Source: Gemmata obscuriglobus
Lineage (GTDB): Bacteria; Planctomycetota; Planctomycetia; Gemmatales; Gemmataceae
DNA: 32,000 nucleotides
Direction of reading: 5' to 3'
Assembly (NCBI RefSeq): GCF_008065095.1
Contig: NZ_CP042911.1
Span: forward strand, 2,580,001 to 2,612,000
Shown: positions 1 through 8,913 of the stretch, in pieces
Layout of the letters: every line of letters begins with the position of its first letter
How positions within the stretch are numbered: position 1 is the stretch's first letter
Program-made: the position numbers and the translations under genes
Notes under the pieces: generated by a model
Told to the model about the DNA's origin: nothing
Database searches by the model: none
Seen by the model: the letters and a program-made list of their open reading frames with translations, nothing else

Positions 1-14
1 CCGGGAGCGCTGGT

Positions 15-641
15 ATGAGCGCCGACTCCGCCGACACGACGCGCGTGACGCTGCTCCACCGGCTCCACCAGAACCCGGCCGACCAGCTCTCGTGGGGCGA
101 GTTCTTTCGCACCTACAGCCCCGCCATCCGCGGGTGGCTGCTGCACTGGGGGCTCCAGGAGGCCGACGCCCAGGACGTGGCGCAGAACGTCCTGATGCGG
201 CTCACGAAGAAGCTCCCGCAGTTCAAGTACGACCCGTCGAAGAGCTTCCGCGGGTGGCTCAAGACGCTGACGCACCACGCCTGGCACGACTTCGTCACGG
301 AGGCCGGGTACCGGACCCGCGGGAGCGGCGACACCAGCGTCCTCGACCAGCTCCAGTCGGTCGAGGCGCGGGAGGACCTCGCCGCCCGGGTCGAAGCGAC
401 GTTCGACCGGGAGCTGCTGGAAATGGCACTGGTGCGCGCCCGCGAGCGGGTGGCCGAGAACACCTGGCTGGCGTTCAAGCTGTCGGCGCTGGACGGCGTG
501 GCCCCGCAAACGGTGGCGGACCAGGTCGGCATCCGGGTGTCGCAGGTGTACCTCGCGAAGCACCGGGTGCAGAAGCTCGTTCAGGAAGAGATCCGGGCGC
601 TCGAAGGGGCGGACGGCGAGGACGAGCCCCGCCGCTCGTGA
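15..641 (+). CDS. ECF-type RNA polymerase sigma factor (sigma-70 family), kinase-associated type
   Basis: 208-aa ORF starting at ATG 15. Region-2-like segment WGEFFRTYSPAIRGWLLHWGLQEADAQDVAQNVLMRL. C-terminal region-4 helix-turn-helix VADQVGIRVSQVYLAKHRVQKL. It lies 27-96 nt upstream of a Ser/Thr kinase gene on the same strand. Confidence 0.85.
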   Translation: MSADSADTTRVTLLHRLHQNPADQLSWGEFFRTYSPAIRGWLLHWGLQEADAQDVAQNVLMRLTKKLPQFKYDPSKSFRGWLKTLTHHAWHDFVTEAGYRTRGSGDTSVLDQLQSVEAREDLAARVEATFDRELLEMALVRARERVAENTWLAFKLSALDGVAPQTVADQVGIRVSQVYLAKHRVQKLVQEEIRALEGADGEDEPRRS

Positions 642-737
642 GGCGCGACCGCTTCCGCGGCGCGAGACTTGACGCCACCGGTCGGGCTGAAGCCGACGCC
701 ACCCCCTGCCTTCGTACCCCCACCCGACACCTCTCCC

Positions 738-3700
738 ATGCCCGACTGCCCTGACGACACCGAACTGGCCGGGTTCCTCAACGATTCGCTCGGGCCGGAG
801 CGGGGCGCGTGCGTGTCGGGCCACGTGGACGGGTGCCCCGCGTGCCAGGCCCGGCTCGACCGGCTCACCGAGCAGACCAGCGGGGCCGTGGCCCGGTACC
901 GCGAGCGGCCCCTGACGGAGCTGCCCGACGCGCGCTCGGGGGACGGCGCGCCGCACGCGGAGGCGGACACGCAGATCGTCGGCGCCCGGCCGGCGGTCGC
1001 GGTGTTCGGCGGCCCGCCGCCGGTGCCCGGGTTCGAGGTGCTCGGCGAGATCGGCCGCGGCGGCATGGGCGTCGTGTTCAAGGCCCGGCACCGGCGGCTC
1101 AACCGGCTGGTGGCGCTCAAGATGATCCTCTCCGGCGCCCCCGACGGCCGCGCGACGCAGCGGTTCCTCTTCGAGGGCGAGGTGCTCGCCCGGGTTCGGC
1201 ACCCGCAGGTGGTGACCGTGTTCGAGGTGGGCACCTACGAGGGGCCGAACCGCCTCCCGGTGCCGTACCTCGCGATGGAACTGCTCGAGGGCGGGTCGCT
1301 CGGGAGCCGGCTCCGCGCGGCCCACGAGGGGGCGGCCGAGCGGTTCAGCCCGCGCGCCGCCGCCGAACTGCTCGAAGGGCTGGCCCGGGCGGTCCACGTC
1401 GCGCACCTCCAGGGCGTCGTTCACCGCGACCTGAAGCCGGGCAACATTCTGTTCAGTGCGGACGACGGCGGGGCGGTGAAAACGGACGGCGTGTCCGGTT
1501 CGGCCACGCTTTCCACGCCTTACCCAGCGTTTCGGCCCAAGGTCACCGATTTCGGGCTCGCGAAACTCACACGGGACTCCGGGGCCGACCTGACGCAGAC
1601 GGGGCAGGTGCTCGGGACCCCGCAGTACATGGCCCCCGAGCAGGCGGCCGGCGCGCGCCAGATCGGCCCCGCGGCGGACGTGTACGCGCTGGGCGCGATC
1701 CTGTTCGAGTGCCTCGCCGGGCGCCCCCCGTTCGTCGGCACCGAGCCGATGAGCGTCATGCTCCGGGTGCTCAACGACCCGCCGCCGGACGTGCGCGCGC
1801 TGCGGCCGGACGTGCCCCGCGACCTGGCGGCGGTCGTGGCGACGTGCCTCGCGAAGGCGCCGGAGCGCCGGTACGCCTCGGCCGAGGCGCTCGCGGACGA
1901 CCTGCGCCGGTTCCTCGACGGGCGCCCCACCCAGGCGCGGCCGGTTACGAACCTGGAGCGGCTGTGGCTTTTGGCCCGGCGCAACCCGGCGGTCGCGGGG
2001 CTGCTGGCGGCGCTGGCGGTCACGCTGACCGCCGGGTTCGTGGCCGTGGCGGCGCTGTGGGTGCGGGCCGAGGAGCGGGCGCGGACCGAAGCGGGGCTGC
2101 GGGCGTTCGCGCAAGCGGCCGGCGCGCAGGCGCAAGAGGAGCAGCGGCTCGCCCAGGAGGCCCGCGCCCGCGCCGTGGCCGAGGTCGGGCAGCGCCAGCG
2201 GCACGAGGCCCGACTGGAGTTCGCCCGCGCGGTCGAGTGGTGCGAGGACGGGCGCGTGGCGGACGGGCTCGAACTGTTCGTGCGGGCCGTCGAACTCGCC
2301 GAAGCCACCGGCGACGCCGCCCTCGCCCGGGTCGCGCGGGTCAACCTCGCGGCGTGGGGGCGCGAGCTGCCGAAGCCGCCGCGCCGGTTCAGGCACACCG
2401 AGCAGCCGCGGCTGGCGGCGTTCCACCCGGACGGCAAACACATGGTGTCCGCCGGGCGCGGCCGCGAGCTGTACCTCTGGGACCTGGGGACCGGGGCGCG
2501 GGTCCGGACGTACCGGCCCTCGTTCGACCCGGTCGGCCTGTTGCCCCAAAAGCCGGTCTACTGGACCGTGGGCGTCAGCCCGGACGGGCGCCTCGTCGCC
2601 GCGGGCGGCACCGACGGGGGCGTCACCCTGTGGGAGGCGGACCCGAGCGGACCGGCCGCGGCCCCCTCTCTCGCGCACTTCAAACTGCCCGCCCCGAACG
2701 TGCCCGGGGTGTCCGAAGTGAACCTGTGGACCCTGGCGTTCACGGGGCCCCGCGCGCTCTGGACCAACGACGGCGCGAACGGGCTGCGGCGGTGGAACGT
2801 GACCGACCCGAAGAAGCCGACGAGCGAGCGGTTCGTTCCGGGGGGCGGGGAGAACGCTTCGACACTTCAGATCCTGGCCGCGTCCCCGGACGGGCGCGCG
2901 CTGTACACCGGGGACCGGGCCGGCCGGGTGCGGGCGTGGGACGCCGCGACCGGGGCCGAGCGGCGGAGCTGGCACGTGCGGGGGTGGGTCACCGACGTGG
3001 CGGTTTCGCCCGACGGCACCCGCTTGGCCGCGGTCGGGACCGGCGGCACCGTGTCGGTTCTCGATCTCACGGCAGAGCCGAAGGACGACCCGAACGGGGA
3101 GAAACGGGTGCTCGAGTTGAGCCTGGCGGGGGCGTACGGGAACGGGGTCGCGTTCGCGCCGGCGGGGCCGCAACTGGTGGCGTCCGACGGGGACGGCAAC
3201 GTGCGGTGCTGGCACCGCGAGACCGGCCAGCCGATGGGCCTCGCGCGGCAGTTCCACGGCGAGGTCACGCGGATGCGGTTCCGCCCGGGCTCGGGCGAGT
3301 TCGCCGTTCCCGCGGGCGATTCGGTGTACCTGTGTGCGGCCCCGGTTCTGTCCGGGGAACTGCTCTGGCCCGGGCGCAACTCCCGGACCCGCGGGCTGGA
3401 CTTCGCGCCCGGCGGTGAGGCGCTGGTGATCGCGGACGAGCGGGGGTGCGGGGTGCTCGACCTGCGCACCCGGGTGGCGCGCGGGATCGCGCCGGACGAC
3501 GAGGCCCTGGCCGTTCGGTTCGATCCGGACCCGGCGCGGGCGCGGGTGTTCCGCGGCCTGCGCGCCGGCTTCGACCTGCTCGCGCTGCCCGGGGGCGCCC
3601 GCACGCCGGGGGACCGAACGCACCGCATGCGGACGCCGCGGATCGAATTGCCGCGGAACGGGAGCGGCGTGTACATGCTGACCGCGCTCATGGTTGCCCG

Positions 3701-4286
3701 GTACGACCCGGTGTCCCTGAAGCGGACCGCGATCGGGCGCCCGACCGGCAAGATCCCGGCGGGTGTGGAACTGAGCGCGCTGGCGGTGCGCCCGGACGGG
3801 GGGGAGGTGTTCGTGTCCTTCGGCGACGGCGCCGCGGTTCTGAAGGGGGACACGCTCGCGCCGCTCCGCGAGTGGGCGATCGGAGACGAGGTGCTGGACG
3901 CCCGGTACACGCCGGACGGGGCGAAGATCCTGCTCGGCCGGCGGACCGGCGCCGCCGAGCTGCGCGACGCCCGGACCGGCACCCTTGTACTGCCCCCGAT
4001 GCCGCACAAGGGCACGATCACGGGCGTGGCCGTGGCGCCGGACGGGGCCACGCTCGTGACCGCCAGCCGCGACGGCACGGCCCGGTTCTGGGACGCCGCC
4101 ACCGGGCTCCCGTTGGGGCCGTCGCTGCTCCACGCCGGCCCGGTGACGCACGTCGCGTACGCGCCCGACGGCCGCCGCGTCGCCACCGGCACGGGGGCCG
4201 GGCACGTCACCTTGTGGGACGTGCCCCCGCCCCCGTTGGGCGGAACGGCCGACGAACTGAGAGCGGCATCCGGCACCGGGGAGTGA
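738..4286 (+). CDS. Ser/Thr protein kinase with N-terminal ZAS-type (HxxxCxxC) anti-sigma-like domain, one TM helix and a C-terminal WD40 repeat region
   Basis: The ORF is open from TTG 669, and ATG 738 (MPDCPDD...) is the more likely start. HVDGCPAC = HxxxCxxC at nt 822-845. Hanks kinase motifs are present: GRGGMGVVFKA, VALK, HRDLKPGN, DFG, APE (about nt 1032-1916). Hydrophobic helix AVAGLLAALAVTLTAGFVAVAALWV at about nt 1989-2063. At least 6 WD40-like units follow (SPDGRLVAAGGTDGGVTLWE, APDGATLVTASRDGTARFWD, APDGRRVATGTGAGHVTLWD and others). Confidence 0.9.
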   Translation: MPDCPDDTELAGFLNDSLGPERGACVSGHVDGCPACQARLDRLTEQTSGAVARYRERPLTELPDARSGDGAPHAEADTQIVGARPAVAVFGGPPPVPGFEVLGEIGRGGMGVVFKARHRRLNRLVALKMILSGAPDGRATQRFLFEGEVLARVRHPQVVTVFEVGTYEGPNRLPVPYLAMELLEGGSLGSRLRAAHEGAAERFSPRAAAELLEGLARAVHVAHLQGVVHRDLKPGNILFSADDGGAVKTDGVSGSATLSTPYPAFRPKVTDFGLAKLTRDSGADLTQTGQVLGTPQYMAPEQAAGARQIGPAADVYALGAILFECLAGRPPFVGTEPMSVMLRVLNDPPPDVRALRPDVPRDLAAVVATCLAKAPERRYASAEALADDLRRFLDGRPTQARPVTNLERLWLLARRNPAVAGLLAALAVTLTAGFVAVAALWVRAEERARTEAGLRAFAQAAGAQAQEEQRLAQEARARAVAEVGQRQRHEARLEFARAVEWCEDGRVADGLELFVRAVELAEATGDAALARVARVNLAAWGRELPKPPRRFRHTEQPRLAAFHPDGKHMVSAGRGRELYLWDLGTGARVRTYRPSFDPVGLLPQKPVYWTVGVSPDGRLVAAGGTDGGVTLWEADPSGPAAAPSLAHFKLPAPNVPGVSEVNLWTLAFTGPRALWTNDGANGLRRWNVTDPKKPTSERFVPGGGENASTLQILAASPDGRALYTGDRAGRVRAWDAATGAERRSWHVRGWVTDVAVSPDGTRLAAVGTGGTVSVLDLTAEPKDDPNGEKRVLELSLAGAYGNGVAFAPAGPQLVASDGDGNVRCWHRETGQPMGLARQFHGEVTRMRFRPGSGEFAVPAGDSVYLCAAPVLSGELLWPGRNSRTRGLDFAPGGEALVIADERGCGVLDLRTRVARGIAPDDEALAVRFDPDPARARVFRGLRAGFDLLALPGGARTPGDRTHRMRTPRIELPRNGSGVYMLTALMVARYDPVSLKRTAIGRPTGKIPAGVELSALAVRPDGGEVFVSFGDGAAVLKGDTLAPLREWAIGDEVLDARYTPDGAKILLGRRTGAAELRDARTGTLVLPPMPHKGTITGVAVAPDGATLVTASRDGTARFWDAATGLPLGPSLLHAGPVTHVAYAPDGRRVATGTGAGHVTLWDVPPPPLGGTADELRAASGTGE

Positions 4287-4601
4287 TATTTTCGTCGGTG
4301 AAGTGAATTGGGCTTTTTTATTCTCATCGCGTAGCGTATTATTCCTTGACGGGTGGCGGGTGCCACCTACTCAGGAGCTACGAATCGCTTTGCTGCTATC
4401 TGCTTCGACACTTCTTGGTTCTTCGACTCTGAGCTACCCTCACAGCCTCCAAGACAGTCAAGCCGGCCTCGCAGAGTGTGTAGTGGGGCGTCCCCGCGCG
4501 TGAAGCCGCGTGGTGTGATCGTTCCCGGTCCGTTCCTGTCCTTTGCGCGGGGGTTCCGCGCGTGTCCTATGCGGGCAGCACGCCCAGAGTTTTGAAGACC
4601 T

Positions 4602-4991
4602 ATGGCGAAGAAGTTGTACGTCGGTAACATCTCGTTCCAGACCACCAGCGACGACCTGATCCAGGCGTTCTCCCAGTACGGTACCGTGCTGGGCGCGCAG
4701 ATCGTTGCCGACCGCGAAACCGGCCGCAGCCGCGGGTTCGCGTTCGTCGAAATGCACGACGGCGCGGAAGAGGCGATCGCGGCCCTGAACGGGGCCCAGC
4801 TCTCCGGCCGCACCCTGACCGTGAACGAAGCCAAGCCCCGCGAAGAGCGGCCGCGTAGCGGCGGCGGTGGTGGCTACGGCGGTGGCGGCGGCGGGTACGG
4901 CGGCGGCGGTGGTGGCTACGGCGGTGGCGGCGGCCGCAGCGGTGGTGGCTACGGCGGTGGCGGTGGTGGCGGCCGTCGCGGCGGCTACTAA
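4602..4991 (+). CDS. RRM (RNP-1/RNP-2) RNA-binding protein with glycine/tyrosine-rich C-terminal tail
   Basis: RNP-2 motif LYVGNI and RNP-1 motif RGFAFVEM. The C-terminal 45 aa are GGGGGY-type repeats with RGG-like elements. Confidence 0.9.
   Translation: MAKKLYVGNISFQTTSDDLIQAFSQYGTVLGAQIVADRETGRSRGFAFVEMHDGAEEAIAALNGAQLSGRTLTVNEAKPREERPRSGGGGGYGGGGGGYGGGGGGYGGGGGRSGGGYGGGGGGGRRGGY
4858..4988 (+). repeat. Coding low-complexity GGN/TAC tandem repeat (encodes the GGGGGGY units of the RRM protein tail)
   Basis: Reiterated ggcggtggtggctacggc-like units are visible directly. They generate spurious poly-Ala/Thr ORFs in other frames. Confidence 0.8.
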
Positions 4992-5379
4992 GTCGCACGC
5001 GGCAAAATATTCCGGAACCCGTTCGATAAGTAGTATGTTCGCCCGCCCCTTCCGACGCAAGTGAAGGGGAAAGAAGGAACACGTTTCCGATCAGCCGGGG
5101 CCGGCGGCTCACTGGCTACTCCATCTCCTCCGCGCCTCGCGGCCCGTGTAGTCCACGGCCGCGACGTGTGAGCGGAAACCGACTCGCGGGACCAACGGGG
5201 AAGATTCCCGTTCGCCCGCAGCGCCGGTCCCGCGAGCGGTCGAGAGCGAGTAGTCGGCGAGGCGCCGGCCCTCGGTGCGTTTGCACGTCGCCGACTAACG
5301 TCTGCTGCCGCCCCACCCTTGCGGGTCGATCGCGCCTCGGTTAGGCTTCACCTCCCCGCCCACTTCAGGAAGCCTCATT

Positions 5380-6426
5380 ATGCTGAAGCGATTTGCCCTT
5401 CTCGCCGTCGTCGGCTGCGCGCTCGCGCTGGCCGTGTACGCGGCCGCAGACAAACCGGCGGAAGGGGCCAAACAACTGCCCGTGCCGGAGATGAAGTTCA
5501 ACGAGGTTAAGGAGATCGCGCCGGGCGTGTTCTTCCGCTACTCGTCCATCTCGGCCAACGACAAGAATATCCCGTTCGGCGGCAGCAACCACACCTGGGT
5601 CGTGTTCAAGGACTACGTGGTGGTGATCGACGCGAACTTCCCGAAGGAAGCCGCGGACGTGATCGCGGACATCAAGAAGACCACCAACAAGCCCATCAAG
5701 TACGTGCTGGACACGCACCACCACGGCGACCACGCCTACGGCAACGCGGTTTGGGCCAAGGAGGGGGCCAAGATCATCGCGCACACGAACGCGGCGCGGC
5801 TGATGAAGACCAACGGCCCGAAGCAGTGGGAGGAGGCCGCCAAGGACCGCAAGGACATCAAGGACAGCGAACTGAAGCAGGTGGACATCTCGTTCGACGA
5901 CAAGTACGAGCTGAAGGACGACACACAGCACGTCGTGTTCATGCACTTCGGGCACATGCACACCGCCGGCGACGCGAGCGCCTACCTGCCCAAGCACAAG
6001 ATCCTCTGCACCGGGGACGCGTGTGTGAACGGGGCGTTCAACTACATGGGGCACTCGAACTCGGCGAGCTGGATCAAGTGTCTGGAGGCGATGGACAAGC
6101 TCGACATCGACCTGATCTGCCCCGGGCACGGCAAGCCGGCCCGTAAGGACCTGCTCGCGAAGGAAACGCGCTACTTCACCGAACTGCGCGACGCGGTGAA
6201 AAAGGGCATCGACGCGAAGAAGTCCGTCGAGGAGATCACGAAGGGGTTGGACCTCGCGTGGTACAAGGAGTGGACCGGCGTGGGCGTGGTCGAAACCGAC
6301 ATGAACAAGGACAGCGTGAAGCACGTGTACAACGAGCTACAGGGCAAGATCGACCACGACCGGCTCGGGGCCACCTCCGCGCCGCTCAACTGGCGCCAGC
6401 CCCCGACCGGGATCGCGTCGCGCTAA
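5380..6426 (+). CDS. Secreted metallo-beta-lactamase-fold hydrolase
   Basis: N-terminal signal peptide MLKRFALLAVVGCALALAVYAAA. HxHxDH motif as DTHHHGDH. Downstream conserved His/Asp/Cys ligand candidates (HFGHMHTAGD, CTGDAC, PGHG). Confidence 0.85.
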   Translation: MLKRFALLAVVGCALALAVYAAADKPAEGAKQLPVPEMKFNEVKEIAPGVFFRYSSISANDKNIPFGGSNHTWVVFKDYVVVIDANFPKEAADVIADIKKTTNKPIKYVLDTHHHGDHAYGNAVWAKEGAKIIAHTNAARLMKTNGPKQWEEAAKDRKDIKDSELKQVDISFDDKYELKDDTQHVVFMHFGHMHTAGDASAYLPKHKILCTGDACVNGAFNYMGHSNSASWIKCLEAMDKLDIDLICPGHGKPARKDLLAKETRYFTELRDAVKKGIDAKKSVEEITKGLDLAWYKEWTGVGVVETDMNKDSVKHVYNELQGKIDHDRLGATSAPLNWRQPPTGIASR

Positions 6427-6444
6427 CGGCGGCGGGCCGTTTCT

Positions 6445-6508
6445 CGTAACGAGTCGGGCGGGTGGGGGCCGGGGCAACGTTGCTCACCCACCCGCCCGAC
6501 TCGTTACG
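6445..6508. terminator. Bidirectional terminator-like hairpin between convergent genes
   Basis: Perfect 22-bp stem: 6445-6466 cgtaacgagtcgggcgggtggg pairs with 6487-6508 cccacccgcccgactcgttacg, with a 20-nt loop. It sits between the stop codons at 6426 (+) and 6551 (-). There is no U-tract. Confidence 0.6.
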
Positions 6509-6550
6509 AACCATGCATCTTCCGACGGCAGGCGGGAGGCGCTCGACGTT

Positions 6551-7018
6551 TTAGCCGCCCATTGGCGCGAAGCCGCCGCCGTGGCGCTCGTTCAGCCCCG
6601 ATTGGAGCGCCCGCAGCCGTTTCTTCGACTCCGCGGCGGCCCGGTTCGAGGTCGCGAACGCGTTGGCCATTTCCTTCGACCCCCGCAGCATCGCGGGGTC
6701 GCTGTCCACCATGTCGGCCCGCCGGAGCACTTCGGCCTCGCACCGGATCAGGTCCTGCACGGCCGCGACGAGCGCGTCGTCCACGCCTTCGGGGTTCAAC
6801 CCGCGCAGCGCCTCGGTCTGGGTGCGCACCAGGCTCACGTACGCCGGTATGTCCTGGCCCGTGGGCTTCTGGGCCAGGATGCCGCTCACCTGGCCCCAGT
6901 AGGCGTGCGTCGGGGTGCGGTTCGCGGTCTCGGTCAGCGTGACCGGCTTGGTGAGGAAGCACCCGCACGCGAACACCACGACGCACACCGGAACCGCTCG
7001 AAGCGTGAACCCGCGCAT
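6551..7018 (-). CDS. Hypothetical lipoprotein
   Basis: 155-aa ORF with signal peptide and Cys-containing lipobox-like VVVFACGC. The amino-acid composition is non-biased, unlike the overlapping Arg/Pro-rich frames. No recognisable catalytic motif. Confidence 0.6.
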   Translation of the reverse strand: MRGFTLRAVPVCVVVFACGCFLTKPVTLTETANRTPTHAYWGQVSGILAQKPTGQDIPAYVSLVRTQTEALRGLNPEGVDDALVAAVQDLIRCEAEVLRRADMVDSDPAMLRGSKEMANAFATSNRAAAESKKRLRALQSGLNERHGGGFAPMGG

Positions 7019-7157
7019 GACCCGCCCCTGGCTTGTGTGAGAAGGCCGCCGCTATACCGCGCCGCCCCCCGGGCACAACCCCAAGCGCTTCCCGCGGGGC
7101 GCGTTCGCGATACAATCGCCGACTGAGCGCTCGCACCTTCCGACGGACCCGAACCCC

Positions 7158-7703
7158 ATGACCGACGAGCACCCGACCCCGAACTCGCCGTCCTCCGCCA
7201 ACCCGCCCCCGCGGGTGGGCATCATCATGGGGTCGCACTCGGACTGGAACACGATGCAGCACGCGGCCCGCGTGCTCACGGAACTGCAGATCCCGCACGA
7301 GGAGCGGGTGGTGTCCGCGCACCGCACCCCGGACCTGCTGTTCCGCTACGCCGAGCGGGCGGAGGAGCGGGGGCTGGAGGTGATCATCGCCGGGGCCGGG
7401 GGCGCGGCCCACCTGCCCGGGATGTGCGCCTCCAAGACCGTGCTCCCGGTGCTCGGCGTGCCGATCGAGTCCGCGGTCCTGCGGGGCGTCGATTCTTTGC
7501 TCTCGATCGTGCAGATGCCGTCCGGCGTGCCGGTCGGGACGCTGGCGATCGGCACCGCCGGCGCGGTCAACGCGGCGCTGCTCGCGGCCTCGATCCTGGC
7601 GGTTAACACCCCCGCGATTCGCGAGGCCCTGCGCACCTTCCGCAAGGTGCAAACGCAGAAGGTGCTTGACCACCCGAACCCGCGGCAGCCGGCCGCCTCC
7701 TGA
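7158..7703 (+). CDS. purE: N5-carboxyaminoimidazole ribonucleotide mutase
   Basis: Hallmark PurE sequence: [11 protein letters not shown]..., [27 protein letters not shown]. It is immediately followed by purK. Confidence 0.95.
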   Translation: MTDEHPTPNSPSSANPPPRVGIIMGSHSDWNTMQHAARVLTELQIPHEERVVSAHRTPDLLFRYAERAEERGLEVIIAGAGGAAHLPGMCASKTVLPVLGVPIESAVLRGVDSLLSIVQMPSGVPVGTLAIGTAGAVNAALLAASILAVNTPAIREALRTFRKVQTQKVLDHPNPRQPAAS

Positions 7704-7728
7704 CGCGCGACTCAACACCCCCGGACCC

Positions 7729-8829
7729 ATGAACCTTGGCATTCTCGGCGGCGGTCAACTGGGCCGCATGATCGCACTGGCCGGCTACCCACTCGGGGCG
7801 CGCGCGACCGTGCTGGAGCCCGGCACGAACTCGTCCGCGGGGCAGGTGTGCGCCCACCTCCCGGGCGAGTTCGACGACCTCCAGGCGCTGTACCGGCTCG
7901 CGCAGGCGTCCGACGTGGTGACGTTCGAGTTCGAGAACGTGCCGGTGGAGGCGGCGCGGTGGCTCGCGGAGCGCGTGCCGGTGTACCCGCCCCCCGGGGC
8001 GCTGGAGGTGTCGCAGGAGCGGCTCGCGGAGAAACAGTTCTTCCAGCGGCTCGGCATCCCGACGCCGCCGTTCGCGGCCATCGAGACGGAGGCCGACTTC
8101 CGCGCCGCGGTCGCCGAGATCGGGCTGCCCGCGGTGCTGAAGACGCGCCGGTTCGGCTACGACGGCAAGGGCCAGGCGGTGATCCGCACGCCGCAGGACG
8201 CCGACGCCGCGTGGCAGAAGCTCGGCGGCCGGCCACTGATCCTGGAAGGGTTCGTACCGTTCGACCGCGAACTGTCGCTGGTCGCGGTGCGCGGCCGCGA
8301 CGGGCAAATTGTGACGTACCCGCTGATCGAGAACGTTCACCAGGACGGCATCCTGCACCGCTCGGTCGCGCCCGCGCCCGACCTGGGCGAAGAGCTGAGT
8401 GAGCGCGCCGCGGAGTTCGCGGCCCGCGTGCTGACCGAACTGAATTACGTCGGGGTGCTGACGATCGAGTGGTTCCAGGAGGGCGCGCGGCTGCTCGCGA
8501 ACGAGATGGCGCCGCGGGTCCACAACTCCGGCCACTGGACGATCGAGGGGGCGCTGACGAGCCAGTTCGAGAACCACGTCCGCGCGGTGTGCGGGCTGCC
8601 GCTGGGGCGCGCCGACGCGGTGGGCTGTTCGGTGATGTACAACTTCATCGGCTCGGTGCCGCCGACGGAGCAGGTGCTGGCGAACCCGGACGCGCACCTG
8701 CACCTGTACGGCAAGGGGCCGCGCCCGGGCCGGAAGGTCGGGCACGTCACGTTACGCGCGGCGAGCGCGGCCGAGCTGCAAGAGAAGCTGCCCGAGTGGG
8801 ACGCGCAGTTCGCCCGCGGCCCGCAGTGA
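7729..8829 (+). CDS. purK: N5-carboxyaminoimidazole ribonucleotide synthase (ATP-grasp)
   Basis: MNLGILGGGQLGRM N-terminus; ATP-grasp core (PAVLKTRRFGYDGKGQ); NEMAPRVHNSGHWT motif. ATG 7729 is chosen because the ORF-track start at 7666 overlaps the end of purE. Confidence 0.93.
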   Translation: MNLGILGGGQLGRMIALAGYPLGARATVLEPGTNSSAGQVCAHLPGEFDDLQALYRLAQASDVVTFEFENVPVEAARWLAERVPVYPPPGALEVSQERLAEKQFFQRLGIPTPPFAAIETEADFRAAVAEIGLPAVLKTRRFGYDGKGQAVIRTPQDADAAWQKLGGRPLILEGFVPFDRELSLVAVRGRDGQIVTYPLIENVHQDGILHRSVAPAPDLGEELSERAAEFAARVLTELNYVGVLTIEWFQEGARLLANEMAPRVHNSGHWTIEGALTSQFENHVRAVCGLPLGRADAVGCSVMYNFIGSVPPTEQVLANPDAHLHLYGKGPRPGRKVGHVTLRAASAAELQEKLPEWDAQFARGPQ

Positions 8830-8913
8830 GCGAAGGCGCGGCTTTGGGACTGCTGGCGGCGTAGAGGGGTCGTGACTTCGTTCCGACCCACACGGTCCTC
8901 GCGTTCACAAAGA

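Noticed and set aside
669-737. TTG 669 as the start codon of the kinase.
   Set aside because: It cannot be excluded. However, it adds only a Pro-rich 23-aa leader, and ATG 738 directly precedes the conserved Cys/His anti-sigma-like domain.
809-4366. Long alternative-frame and antisense ORFs across the kinase gene (809-3418 +, 2867-4366 -, 1520-2443 -, 3446-4306 +).
   Set aside because: They have Arg/Gly/Pro/Ala-dominated composition and no motifs. They lie entirely inside a gene with clear kinase and WD40 homology, which is a typical high-GC artefact.
4458-5112. ORFs 4867-5064 +, 4458-5060 - and 4600-5112 -, encoding poly-Ala/Thr/Val or Arg/His repeats.
   Set aside because: These are frame-shifted or antisense readings of the GGN-TAC repeat that encodes the Gly/Tyr tail of the RRM protein.
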